64,000 nt of DNA from NCBI GenBank assembly GCA_951406725.2, contig OX597815.1:67766001-67830000 (forward strand), given 5' to 3'. Below are positions 29,619-43,054 of the stretch, in pieces. The stretch is from Octopus vulgaris. Its lineage: Eukaryota. The notes beneath the pieces were generated by a model that saw only the letters and a list, made by a program, of their open reading frames with translations, ran no database searches and was not told where the DNA came from. The position numbers were made by a program, and so were the translations under genes. How positions within the stretch are numbered: the first letter of the stretch is position 1; every line of letters begins with the position of its first letter.

Positions 29619-29661
<43 letters not shown>

Positions 29662-29662
<1 letters not shown>

Positions 29663-30418
29663 TATGTAGGCACAGGACGTCATGAAACGTGTACAACAAA
29701 AAATACGAAGCACGAGTACATGGAAGATGAACTATTCTTTCGAACAACGAAAGACACAAATGGAAAGCTAAACAAAGAACATAAAGAAAGACCCTTCATC
29801 AGTTGTTAGCTGTTTTTCTAGTCTCGTATTTCGAGCATTTAACAACAATATACGCTTTCGATAAAACAGTTGTTTCCGCAAAACAAATTAAATAAAATTA
29901 GGGATTTTGCGGAGGGTCAAAAGAGGTAACACAAACAAGACAGGGAAAACAAACAGGAAGGGCTGCTAAGCCTAAACGGGGTTGTGGTGGCGGACACGTA
30001 AATCAAGTTAGGACAGGAGACAAACAAGAACACGGGTTCCTTGTTCCAGCTACAACGGAGAGAAAGAAAGAAAGATGGCCGATGAACACGTGGGAGCCAC
30101 ATGAGCAAGGGAGGAGGAGTGAGGGAGAGAGAGGGACAGAGTAATAGGATAGAATCGTGGGAGAAGAGGAGGTAAAAGAATAAGAGAGAGAAAAACGGAA
30201 GAGTAAAAAGATCGTATATGCGGGAACAACTGTTTTATCAAACATATTGTTGTTAAATGCTCGAAATACAAGCCAACAACTGATGAAGATTCATCCTTTA
30301 TGTTGTTTATTTAGTTTTCCATTTGTGTCTTTCGTTGTTCGAAAGAATAGTTTATGTTCCATGTACTCGTGCTTCATATTTTTTGTTGTACACGTTTCAT
30401 GATGCCCTGTGCCCACAT

Positions 30419-30420
<2 letters not shown>
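29662..30420. mobile_element. Element with ~210-bp diverged terminal inverted arms in (TA)n
   Basis: 29662-29880 is the approximate reverse complement of 30218-30420. Both arms contain aacaaCTGATGAag. Confidence 0.7.
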
Positions 30421-30469
<49 letters not shown>

Positions 30470-30559
30470 GTATGGATGAATGTACATATACGTATGTATA
30501 TATGCATTTAATCATATAATATATATATATTATATATATATCTATATATATATATACTG

Positions 30560-31835
30560 TTGTGTCTGGAGAGAGTCATGGTCTTTAGTAGATTCTGCCT
30601 CACCGGGTCACAGAGGGGAAGACCACCCACCATCACTTCAGCAGTGAAGAAAAGCACCACAGAGCGCTGGAGTGGCTGGACCACACCTACGCCAAACCCT
30701 GAGAACAACAATCAGGTGAAAGAAATGATTGCATATGCAATAGGAGCCAATGTAAAAGCCACCTTGAAAAACCACATAGTAAAGTTTAACAAAAAAAAAC
30801 TATACATGCAGGTTCAAGGTGAAGCCATCGGTGTAGGTATAGCTGGAGATGTGGCTGGCCTCTTCATGACCTGGTGGGACAGAAAATTTAAACAAATGTT
30901 AGCAGAACAATCCACAACTCTTCTACTCTACAGTAGATATGAAGATGAGATTAATATCATAGATAGGACCAACTCTAATGACGGTAATGTAGAAACTGAG
31001 AAGAATGTAATGGAGAGCATCCAGCAGATGGCTAACTCCAGCCACCAAAGTATCAAGGTAACTATAGATTACCCCACTAAGCACCCCAACAATAGACTCC
31101 CTGTACTTGATACTGAACTTTGGTTAGAGACTGTGAACAATAGAGTGCAGCTCCTCCACTCTTATTACATGAAACCCATAACTTCAAAATATGTTATTCA
31201 CAAGAACTCAGCTTTGTCACACAACATGAAAATTAACATACTGATAGCAGAATTAGTTAGAATAATGAACAATGTGTCTCCACTATGCGAACCCTATGAA
31301 ATAAAAAACATATACAGAACTTCGTGCACCGCATGCAGTTCTCTGGATATGATCAGAAAGATAGGGTTCGAGTATACAGCGGGGCTAGAAAGAAATTAGA
31401 CAACATTGTATGTAATGATATCAGTGGTACCTGCCCTAGACATAGAAACAAAGAATGGAATAGGATACAAAGAACTTGTGACAAAGCAAACAGAGCGAAC
31501 ACGTAGTATAAAACCGACAAATATCAAGGAGTGATGTTTGTAGAGGCCACACCCAAGGAGAACTAGCCCATAGATTTAGAAAAGCTCTGAAGGAGACCAA
31601 ACTCAACATTAAAATTGTTGAAAAGCCAGTGAACTCCGTCAGATCACAACTATGTAGGACGTACCCTTTTGAGAATAACATATGCACCAATGATAACTGC
31701 ATGGTATGTATTAACTGTAGAACTCGAAATGTAGTTTACAGCATAAGATGCATAGAAGGTGCTTGTAAAGACATGAACATGACGTACATAGGGGAGACAT
31801 CTAGGAGCATTGCGGAACGAATAAATGAATATGCA
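30560..31835 (+). pseudogene. Penelope-like element fragment (RT + GIY-YIG), distinct from the 330-1200 family
   Basis: LYMQVQGEAIG..AGLFM..LYSRYEDEI..VTIDYP..RLPVLD..YYMKP..SAL; then C..C..C..NVVYSIRC..C...YIGETSRSIAERINEY. Confidence 0.88.
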
Positions 31836-32227
31836 GGATACATACATACAGATGCACACACATACATACATATATACATATATATACACATATATACATA
31901 CATACACATGCATATATACATACACACATACATACGTACGTGCATGCATGCATAGGCACACACACACACACACTGACCCACACACATGCGCACAAACAAA
32001 CAAAAAGGAACTCAGTGTAAATAACGGACAGAGTCAAGACTATTGAAAAGGTCGCAAGACGCAACGAAAACTTTAGGAAAATAAAAAGAAGAAATAAGTG
32101 GAAATTTTACCGGTGAGTGGGTTACATTATAAAGCACAAAAAGAATATGACTCTCCCCAGACACAACAGAATATGCTTCAACACAAGAACTCATATAAAG
32201 AATCTTGCAAACCAAATTCTAAAACCA

Positions 32228-32279
<52 letters not shown>

Positions 32280-32323
32280 TGTATGTATGTATGTATGTAT
32301 GTATGTATGTATGTATGTATGCA

Positions 32324-33310
32324 TGTATAGGGAAGATGATTTGAAAATGCAGAGGTCTTTTAAAGATGTTTATTGACTTGGCCGGTTCCACTTTAAAAAA
32401 AAAAAGATTTTCAAAAGTAAAATGTAAGGCTTTGTGTAGCCTTCGTGGTGTTTTAAAATGGTTATCTGTTGTGTGGACGCTCCCAGACGATGAAGTAGGC
32501 TAGCTCAATACGTAGATATAGAGGGAGAAGTCTAGGAGTTGAGTTGAGTAGAGGTCATCCGAACGGGCGATACAACAGTGGAGACGAGGATTTCGTAGCT
32601 CACACAGCCACTGTGTAGTATTGCGATATAACAGTGGCGACGAGGTTTCGAATAGTACCGAAATGGAAGAGTTACTGAAAGCAGTTGTAAAACAACAAGA
32701 GCAGCAGCAGCAGCAACAACTACAAAAGTTAACAGAATTGTTACTGCAGTCGAGAAATACGACAGAATCATTTTCAACAGATGGTGTTGCAAATTCCATC
32801 GAAGAATTTCACTACAATCCGGATGAAGGAACTACTTTTGCTGCATATTACAGACGATACGAAGACATATTCCAAGAGGAATGCAAGGGATGGTCTAGTG
32901 AAAGAGAGGTAAGGCTCCTTTTGCGAAAGCTTGCTACTCCGGAACACGAAAGTTTTTGTAACTTTATTTTGCCGAGAAAGCCCACGGAATTGTTTTGATG
33001 AAACGATAAATATTTTGACTAATATTTTTAGCGAGAAATGTTTGCAGTTTAACATTCGATGGGAATGTTTAAATTTAAAGAAAAACGAGTCCAATGATTT
33101 TGTAACGTATGCCGGTATGGTTAATAAGGCTTGCGAAAGGTTTAAGCTGGAAGAATTGACGCTAGATATGTTCAAGTGCCTAATATTCGTTAAAGGGCTA
33201 TTGGCAACGGAAGATGCGGAAATTAGAAAAAGAATATTATCAAAGTTGAATCAAGATGTGAAACTCACTTTGCAGAAAGTGACTGAGGAATGCCAATCTT
33301 CGAGATGAAA
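32324..33310 (+). mobile_element. Ty3/Gypsy LTR retrotransposon fragment: LTR end, PBS and gag
   Basis: ..ataaca-G-TGGCGACGAGG (PBS complementary to a tRNA-Ser 3' end, from recall). The frameshifted gag FHYNPDEGTTFAAYYRRYEDIF..VRLLLRKL..FCNFILP..FNIRWECLNL..FKCLIFVKGL is typical of Mag/K02A2.6-like elements. Confidence 0.82.
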
Positions 33311-35084
33311 CAAGAAAGGTAGAAGGCATCCGAACGTGCGACATAACATTAACATAGATGTATTAAAATACAGTGATAGAGTCTTTGAAAATGTAAGAAA
33401 ATGTTAAGAAATAGAATCTTTGACAATGATAAGAAAATGTTAAGAGGGGCTTTGAGTTTAAACGGTTTACATAAAAGTGTTCAAAATAGGCAGTAAAATA
33501 AATTCATAATTATTTATAAGTTCATTAAAAGTCATGATTGTATATAAGCATATATACAGAAAGAATTTGTAGACAGTATTTGATAGGAGAAATCATGTAT
33601 TGCTTAGTCAAAACTTCATCAGAAATCATATTGAAATATTTATACAGAATTTTAGGGGAATGACCAACCTTTTCTCTTCATCTTTAGTCTTGTATGTGTG
33701 TTTGGCAAGGATGGTTGCTATTTTTAGATATAGTGTGGGAGGTTGATTGGTTGGTGAGGGAAAGCATTCACATGATCTGATTTTGAATAGTTTGTGGAAT
33801 CAAAAGGATTTTTTTGTTTCTGAGCTAGTTTACCATAGTTCAATGATTTTTGGACTAGTCTTAGAGTTCAAGATGGTGTGAATGTGTGTGTATGCGCGCG
33901 CTCACGGTTCTCCGCTAACATGAAATCCAGTACAACCAGTTGCATGGTCGGATCTTCGGCGTCTAAACCAACAACTTTAGACATGCCTGGTGAGGAGAGT
34001 TGCTACGAACCCAGCAGGACTTGTCGAAAGGACAGATGAACCTAGTATTGGTTCAGCTTGGTATCCGGCATGCTGGAAGGATGCCGGGAGTGAGATGCCC
34101 CTTAGCTTTTGTTCAAGCATGTCTCTAGGAGAAGGTCACTCTGTTATCCAGATATCCAAGGAGGAACCTTGAATATTTTGGGGATCTTTTGCTTTCAATT
34201 AAAATTATGTTGCCCCCAGATTCCTGAGCCTGCGAACCATATTGGCACTGGGTATTTTGCCCTGGCTTGTCTCTGGGCCATGTCAGTAGGAGAGGGTCTG
34301 CGAGGTTCTGTGCAAGCCTAATTGTACCTAAAATTTTAGGTTGTGCTGTACAATAACCTCATGCACGGGCATTACTTGCATTATATGGGCAACGGTCAGC
34401 AACAGTCTTCCTCTGTCACGAGTGGACAGCCATAATCATGAGTGTGTGTGTAATTATATACATGCTTATATATGTATGTAAATATGTATATATAATTATA
34501 TACACATATATAAATGCATGTATATGTATGTATATGTTTATTAATGTGTGTATTTATATCAAGTGGCATATAAAAACAATTATCATTGAGCCAACTGATT
34601 ACATTTTAGCAGATTATTTACTAACTTATAGATGGAAAATTCAGACAATGAGTTCGAAGTTTCGATTTGCTCGTCTTCCATTTTTGTTTTAAGTATGTAA
34701 TTCCCGAGGCCATAAATGTATTTAAGTCCCTTCCTTGGCTGCTGGTGATAATGTAGGACAATAGTCATGCCGATGAAGCCTATTGAGATAAAATTACATG
34801 TCCATGATTGTCCTCTTATCTCCAGAAAATAAGCCTAATTATTTCCTTAACGGCATGTCAGCATTGGAGAAATTCGTAATTCATGAGATTATCTTCCCTT
34901 TTCTATGTGGAGCTAGTTCTAATTGCCATTTGGTAAATTTGATAGATCCTCAAGTGATACAGATAATTTTAATAAACCAGGTATTTCTGTTGTATGGTAT
35001 TTGTTATACCTGTATTTCTCTCCCTCCCTTCCCCCTGTGTGCGTGTGTGTGTGCGAGTGTGTGCGTGTGTGTGTGAGTGTGTGA

Positions 35085-35115
<31 letters not shown>

Positions 35116-35349
35116 TGTGTGCGTGTGTGTGTGTGTGTGTGTGTATGTGTGTGTTGGTTTGACGAGTGGTTTATCAACTTGGAAGTAGCAAGTCATGTGC
35201 GGAGTATTCACCTTCGATAGACTTATGTGCTAAAGAGAGTATAGAAGGTAAGCAGATCTATCTCTCACTTAACTCTGCGAAAAATAGAAATGAAAACACA
35301 TGAATATTTAGATCATAGTTGATTCAGTATAGAATTATCACAGGATCAG

Positions 35350-36230
35350 GCACCACAGAATCTAGTAAACTTGTTACGCTTCATTGAATAGATAGTCTCA
35401 AAAAACAACTGGAAGAATTCATAAAATTCGCTAACCCTTTTTATCAGTAATCAAATTCACTAGCAACGTTTAAACCAAATGTTACAGTTTTGATCCTCGA
35501 TCCGCACACAGAAAAGAAAAGGTTATATTATTTGACCTACACAGCAAAACACAAATGCAGAATTTCCATTCACTACACAATTTCAGTGAAATTTTCAAAA
35601 AGATCTTCAAGCTAACTCAAATAATTGGTTCCACAACAGCACAATCAAAACTCGAAACGCTGAAATTGTGTAGAGATAAAGTATCGGAGTTTTTAATAAA
35701 CATTTAAGAGGTTGTTCTCTATAATCAAATAAAGGAAAACTCACAAAAATGCACTCCTGTCATGAAAGCATACACAATACCATCAGTCGCCGTGATATTT
35801 AAAACATAATACGCAAAATCACTGACATCGTCTTCGACATATCTCCTGAGCTTACAGGGATCTGAAGGAATGAAAAACATTATTTCTGTTATCCCTTTTA
35901 AGCAAATCAAACAGCTAACGGAACAGTGATATCAGAATCAAGCTTAATAATTCTTGATTAAATAGTGCCTTCTGAAGTAGAACAACTGAAAAAGTTACAT
36001 TAATTCTACACTGATTATTGGGAAAATCCCCAGAAGTGTGTAATGTATCTGATAATACGGAGCTGGAGTAATTTGTGCTGATTAATTGCTGAATCTCCTG
36101 GGATTTACGGTTTGTGTAGAATACGCAGCGGACTGAACATATACGGACTCCTATCTTCCTCAATTGACATTCTGTTAGCCAGGTTTATGGCATGGAATGC
36201 GGACTGAGATTTCTGCTTGTATTTCTTCAG
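35350..36230 (-). pseudogene. Degenerate cadherin-repeat coding segment (Fat-like?)
   Basis: Across frameshifts: FPNNQC..KLDSD..LFDLLKRDNRNNVF..YVLNITATDG..FDC..EFDY. The order of motifs fits cadherin EC domains. Confidence 0.45.
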
Positions 36231-36268
36231 TCCCTACAATGTATGTATGTATGTATGTATGTATGTAT

Positions 36269-36650
36269 GGAGGCGCAATGGCCCAGTGGTTAGGGCAGCG
36301 GACTCGCAGTCGTAGGATCGCGGTTTCGATTCCCAGACCGGGCGTTGTGAGTGTTTATTGAGCGAAAACACCTAAAGCTCCACGAGGCTCCGGCAGGGGA
36401 TGGTGGTGATCCCTGCTGTACTCTTTCACCACAACTTTCTCTCACTCTTACTTCCTGTTTCTGTTGTACCTGTATTTCAAAGGGCCGGCCTTGTCACTCT
36501 CTGTGTCACGCTGAATATCCCCGAGAACTACGTTAAGGATACACGTGTCTGTGGAGTGCTCAGCCACTTACACGTTAATTTCACGAGCAGGCTGTTCCGT
36601 TGATCGGATCAACCGGAACCCTCATCGTCGTAACCGACGGAGTGCTTCCC
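36269..36650 (+). mobile_element. tRNA-derived SINE family A (long-tail type)
   Basis: A-box tggcccagtgg, B-box ggtttcgattccc. Five related copies occur in the window. Flanked by (ATGT)n. Confidence 0.9.
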
Positions 36651-36690
36651 AATGTATGTATGTATGTATGTATGTATGTATGTATGTATG

Positions 36691-36722
<32 letters not shown>

Positions 36723-36826
36723 GTTATTGAGAAACTACAAAAATTTAGAATTACGATAAGTAGGACAGTTCTTAAAGCAACGTCTGTCTGTCTGTCTGTC
36801 TGTCTGTCTAGCTGTCTATCTATCTA

Positions 36827-36863
<37 letters not shown>

Positions 36864-36935
36864 CCGTCTGTCAATATGTATGTGTGTATGTGTGTATCTG
36901 TCTGTGTATATTATATTTATATATCTATGTATATT

Positions 36936-37002
<67 letters not shown>

Positions 37003-37430
37003 CAGTCAAGAATGCTTATTTCTATCAAAGTTGGACTCCGGGCATGACAGACCCTGTAATTCACATATGCAAAACAGAAGTCTGGCGGTTATCTGTGAAC
37101 ATCATGTTTCTGGATTATAAACATATTGAATATATATTCCATATATTTTTGATATATATTTCATATATATTGCATATATATTTCACATCCTTCTTCAGCA
37201 CAGCTTTCCATTGAAAAAGATTTATCATAGATTTATCAAATGCTACGTACCTCAAACCTTCTGACCATGCGACATCAAAATATTTGAAGAAAGTGAGCAA
37301 AGGCTAAACCTACGTAGACGTTTGAATTCATAAATCTTCCCTCCAAAATTTTGCCATGCGCATTACAAAAATAGTTCCGTAAGATGGGGAACAATTAGGT
37401 TATCAAAGGGAGTGAAAAATCCAAATAGTA

Positions 37431-37750
37431 ATATAATGATAAGAGTAAATAATTTCTATAAAGGCTTTTAAAAAAACCCCAATTATTTACTGGTAGAATT
37501 CGGTATGTAAATATAGCCGATTACCGGCAGGAACTTCTGTAAAGTTCAGTATATATATTGTATATAAGTTCTATTTTTTCGGTATGCGGTCAAGCAACCT
37601 GTTTTGCCTGTCCCTTTTTCTTATATACAATATATATACTGAACTTTACAGAAGTTCCTGCCGGTAATCGGCTATATTTACATACCGAATTCTACCAGTA
37701 AATAATTGGGGTTTTTTTAAAAGCCTTTATAGAAATTATTTACTCTTATC

Positions 37751-37757
<7 letters not shown>
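37431..37757. repeat. Perfect 138-bp inverted repeat with a 51-nt spacer
   Basis: 37431-37568 is the reverse complement of 37620-37757. Abuts (TA)n. Confidence 0.92.
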
Positions 37758-37805
<48 letters not shown>

Positions 37806-37904
37806 ATATATAAGTATGCATGTATATATATATATGACTGTATGTATATATATATATAAGTGTGTGTAAATGCGTATATGTTTGTGTACACATACATTCA
37901 CAGT

Positions 37905-37936
<32 letters not shown>

Positions 37937-38717
37937 CATACATAACAATCTATCTTATTCTCTAGTTCATAAATCGTATCCACCAAAATATTCTTACGTA
38001 TTTACACATAAACGTAAGTGCAAGCATACGTCAACACACACGTACGTAGATACAATGCACACATTTACATCCATCCGGACAGACCACCATACATCCATCC
38101 ATACATGCATACATACATACATACATACATACATACATACATACATACATACATACATACATACATACGTACGTATTAAGCCATAAACTATATTGCCCCG
38201 CATTCGTAACAGACTCCTAAAATACATCGCATGGTAAAGTTCTACCTAGCAAGTAGTTAATTCTTACACAAGGTTTACTACACAATGTCTCTATTTACTC
38301 AAATAAAATTTATTCTATTTTACCAAAGTCTTCATAGACAGAGAGAATCATTTTCTTTTACTTATTACCATTCTTATTAGTAGTATTCTTGTTTCTCGTC
38401 TTATAATTTTTCTTTGGCTTTCTTTATCTTAATTTTTGCTTTTTTTTAAATCTTTTCTTTTTTTCTTTGTGTCTTTTTCTGCTTTTACCTCTTCAGATTT
38501 TCTCTTATTTATTAGAATGGTCTCCTGCTATGGTTCCTTCCATATCGAATATTCTCTTCGTTGTGAATCCATGCGAAAAGTATATTAAAAACAAAAGATA
38601 CAAATATAAAATGAAAATAAATATATATATACAGATAGAAATATATATATATACACAAACATATATACATGTATGTATAAATATATCTATATATCTATAT
38701 ATATACATATATATATG

Positions 38718-38814
<97 letters not shown>

Positions 38815-39409
38815 GCATACATACATATATATATATAATCATAATATTCCGTTTACCACTTCATCTATATTGAAGGAAAGTATCGATATATCGATTTATA
38901 GGTTGTCGGAAGGTAATGTTAAATGTGATAGAAAGTTAGACACAGTTTTACTGTGTGTGTATGTTTATGTATATCTGCATGTATGTACATGTGTCCATGT
39001 ATATGTACAGGTATGTATGTGTACGGATGTATATGTAGGAGTACGAATGTGTATGTATATGTACATGTATGTATGTGTGTGTGTATATGTGTGTGTGTGT
39101 ATGTGTGTGTGTGTGTGCGTGCGCGTGCGTAAGCGGGAATTATTATATGGGTGTCTATTTGTGAAAATCTTATTGTTCCGTGTGGTTGCAGATTTTCTTT
39201 TCTTTTATTTGTTTTACAGGTATTTTAATTTTATTTATTTGGTTTTTTTATTCATTCAAAATTTTCATCTTAGTGCTTAACTTGAATCTAAGGTGGGTTT
39301 TGTTTTGTTTTTCCTTTTTTCTGGTTTTTTTTTTCTTTTTTACTATATTTTTGTGTGTATGGGAACGTAAAATTCAACGTAAACTCTGCTCGGATGTAAG
39401 TTGGATACA

Positions 39410-39910
39410 ACTCTTTCCAATTTTGGCACATGGCCAGCAATTCTGAGGGGCGGGAACAAGTTGATTACATCGACTTTGATATATGGCTGATATCTTATTT
39501 TGTCGACCCCGCAAGGATGAAAGGCAAAGTTGACCTTTGCGAGTTTTGAACTCAGAATGTAAAGTCTCAGAAAAAATGCCACTAACCTATTCCGTCGACG
39601 CGCAACTGATTCTGCCAGCTCACCATCGAAGTATGTTAGATAAGACGGTTTCGAATTTTGGAATGACGCCAGCATTTTCACCGACGCGCTAATGATTCTC
39701 CTTCGTTGCTAGTGGTTTCAAATTTTGACACAAGACAAGCAATTTTTGGTTGAGAGGGTTAGTAAATTACGTCGATCTTGATACTCTATTTTATCGACTC
39801 CGAAAGGATAAAAGGTAAAGTTGATCCTTCGGTGCGTTTTGAACTCGGACAAATTAGTGTTAATCGTTTTTTTTTTTACGGCGTGCTAATGATTCTGCTT
39901 TCTTGCCACG
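39410..39910 (-). mobile_element. Two degenerate copies of SINE family C (central gcctttcatcct..ggggtcgataaa..gtaccag domain)
   Basis: Motifs are shared with the copies at 40545-40750, 44685-44880, 48925-49135 and 53178-53308. Confidence 0.7.
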
Positions 39911-40544
39911 TTTATCAGCTTGACAACATAAAAGTATCCTTTTCCCGTACAAGTGCTAGGCCAAACAAATGTTTAAGGCTTGAGGCATAAGCGATCAAAC
40001 GATCCTAGCATCGGACTGTTAGTTTATCGATGACAAATCAGACACGGCTGGAATCGAACTCAAAATATGCAGTCTTATGACTACAGTAAATACTGTAAAA
40101 GCTATTGGATCTTCTATAGTACCGATTGGGTCATTCAACCTCCTTCTTCATAGAGATAATATCATGATTGCTTTCTGAGTGTGATGTACATTTATTTCCC
40201 ACCAAAAATTAACAGCATAAATGAAACGATGTTCCATCGACTGATATTTGAAACTGGATGTCGTGATCGACTTGACTCATTCGCAGATAATTTCATCTTT
40301 TACGGTGCTCAAAACTTAATGCAAAAATAATGATTTTACAGAAAGTAACGGAGCTGGAACCCAATCTGTTAGAGAAGATTATAGTTTACTGAACGGTCTT
40401 ATATTTTTTCTTTCTTTATTTTCTTTTTTTGTGTGTAAGCTTTCAAAACATTTGACACAAAACTAAATACATTAAAGAACAAATTTAGTTCGGTGCTTTA
40501 TCTTATCACCCATACCCGCTATATTTAACCAATCTATAAACCTT

Positions 40545-40750
40545 TCTATTATAGGTACAAGGCTTGAAATTTTGGGAAAGGGTCGATTCCATTGATCGCA
40601 AGTGCTGGACTGGTACATATTTCACCGACCCCTAAAGGATGAAAGGCAAAGTCAACCTCGGAGAAATTTTAACTCGGGACGTAAAGACATTCGAAATGCC
40701 GCTAAGCCTTTTTCCCGGTATGTTAACGTTTCTACCAGCGAGCTGCCTTA
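40545..40750 (-). mobile_element. SINE family C copy
   Basis: actggtac..cgacccc..aaggatgaaaggcaaagtcaacctcgg..ccagcgagctgcct. Confidence 0.75.
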
Positions 40751-40786
40751 TTTAACCAATCAATAATAATCATTTAATTAAAATCG

Positions 40787-41160
40787 TGGCACTCCGTCGG
40801 TTAAGACAACAAGGGTTCCAGTTGATCCGACCAACAGAACAGCTTGCTCGTGAAATTAACGTGCAAGTGGCTGAGCACTCTACAGACACGTGTGCCCTTA
40901 ATGTAGTTCTCGGGGAGATTCAGCGTGACACAGAGTGTGACAAGGCTGGCCCTTTGAAATACAGGTACAACAGAAACAGGAAGAAAGAGTGAAAGTCGTG
41001 GTGAAAGAGTACAGCAGGGTTCTCCACCACCCTTACCGGAGCCTCGTGGAGCTTTAGGTGTTTTCACTTAATAAACACTCACAACGCCCGGTCTGGGAAT
41101 CGAAACCGCGATCCTACGACCGCGAATCCGCTGCCCTAATCACTGGGCCATTGCGCCTCC
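40787..41160 (-). mobile_element. SINE family A (long-tail type)
   Basis: Reverse complement of 36269-36650. Confidence 0.9.
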
Positions 41161-42064
41161 AAGAGGAGCACACCTCACGATATATTTAAGTATTTAAGTA
41201 GGCCCAAAGTCGGAAATTTGGAGGGAAGGATTCGTTGACTAAATCGACCCCTATACTTGACTGGCATTTTATCCTCTACAAAAATCCTTGACTGGGATTT
41301 TATCCTCCACCTACAGAGAGGATAAGAACATCCCCACGGGTGTGACAGCCTTACATTCCTCATCTTCGTGCCTTTTACATCTAGAGTGCTCGTAAACAAT
41401 TTGGGAGGAAGAAGCAATTGATCCGTGAAGGGTTCGATATCTATCTTCTAGAATTCTTCAAACGTCCAAACACATTGTTGTTTAGGAATACTCGGTTCTG
41501 CCACTTCCTACCCAACGCCTCACCTTCAGTCGATATATTAACTGAGTCTTTATTCTTCAGGTTATATATTACATTAAGTAGGTGGTCGATGCTGGCTTGT
41601 GCCATCGTAAGTTAGGTTCCATCGTTGAGTAGGCAACTCTTCACTCATTTCGCACATTTCTTGTTTCGGTTTTTTAATGTTTATTATTTGCTTGTTCGTT
41701 CTTTGTGTTGTTTTTTGTTGCTTTTCGCCAACTCACATGCTTGCTGCACTTGTGTATAATGATGATAGATTTACTGGTGGTAGAACTAAGTATGTCGTTC
41801 ATATTTACATGTACATACATATATATGCCTATGCACATATATATGTATGTATTTCTGTATGTATGCATATATATATATATATATGTATATACGTGCATTA
41901 TTCGCGTTCATATAGATATGCATATACATATTTAGATGTTAGTATAGATGTGTGTATACATACACATATGCAAATATATATATTAATATATACAGAGACA
42001 GACAGACAGACAGACAGAAGACATACACAGACAGACAGATAGACAGACAGATAGACAGATAAAC

Positions 42065-42108
<44 letters not shown>

Positions 42109-42682
42109 GCTTCGATATATATCTGCATAGGTGTATGTATATACATGTGTGTGGGTATGTATGTATTATTTATGTATGTAATCATGTATGTATGTATGTA
42201 TGTATGTATGTATGTATGTATGTATGTATGTATGTATGTACGTATGCGCGTGTACTATTTTGTAAGTATACACACACATATATATATATATATATATATT
42301 ATAAAAACTACCAAATTCTCTAGTATAATTAAACATTCATCAAACTCAATGAGCCTGTTACGTGAATGTAAATATAATTAAGTCTGACTGTGAAGCTGTT
42401 TGACTATAAAACCCAAGTTAACGAGAGTACGTGATGAGTAACGAGACTATTGTGATTTCCTGTATTATGTGATCGTCTGTAGCCCTGGTGCACCCATCGC
42501 GTGTTCTCTTCATTGAAGGTAATAGTAAGTTTAATTTATTGGCCAATGTTAATTAAAGTCATAATGTATTCGTCGCAGCAAGACTAAGCATGTTCCCATG
42601 TACATAATAGATTACATTAGAAGTGATGCTAAGATACTTATTATACAACTATATATTTCGGTAGACACCCCTTGTTTATGTG

Positions 42683-42793
<111 letters not shown>

Positions 42794-42803
42794 AGTGGAC
42801 ACT

Positions 42804-42843
<40 letters not shown>

Positions 42844-42971
42844 GTTGCTTAATTCGAACAAGAGGGGAAGGAATGTTTCTCATTTGAAACATCTTCAAAC
42901 TGAAGCAGAGAAGTTATTACAGACTCGAGCGCTTCACGCCACTGCAAGCTTCACGCGAAATAAATAAATAA

Positions 42972-43050
<79 letters not shown>

Positions 43051-43054
<4 letters not shown>

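Larger units (their letters stand above)
28499..29625 (-). mobile_element. Non-autonomous Penelope-style element: 559-bp partial tandem plus ~265-bp inverted segment, in (TA)n
   Basis: 28500-28800 repeats at 29059-29358. 29360-29625 is the reverse complement of ~28958-29226. Each tandem unit holds a hammerhead motif. Confidence 0.85.

Noticed and set aside
33900-34430. GC-richer segment resembling a LINE 5' UTR
   Set aside because: No diagnostic motif or second copy in the window.
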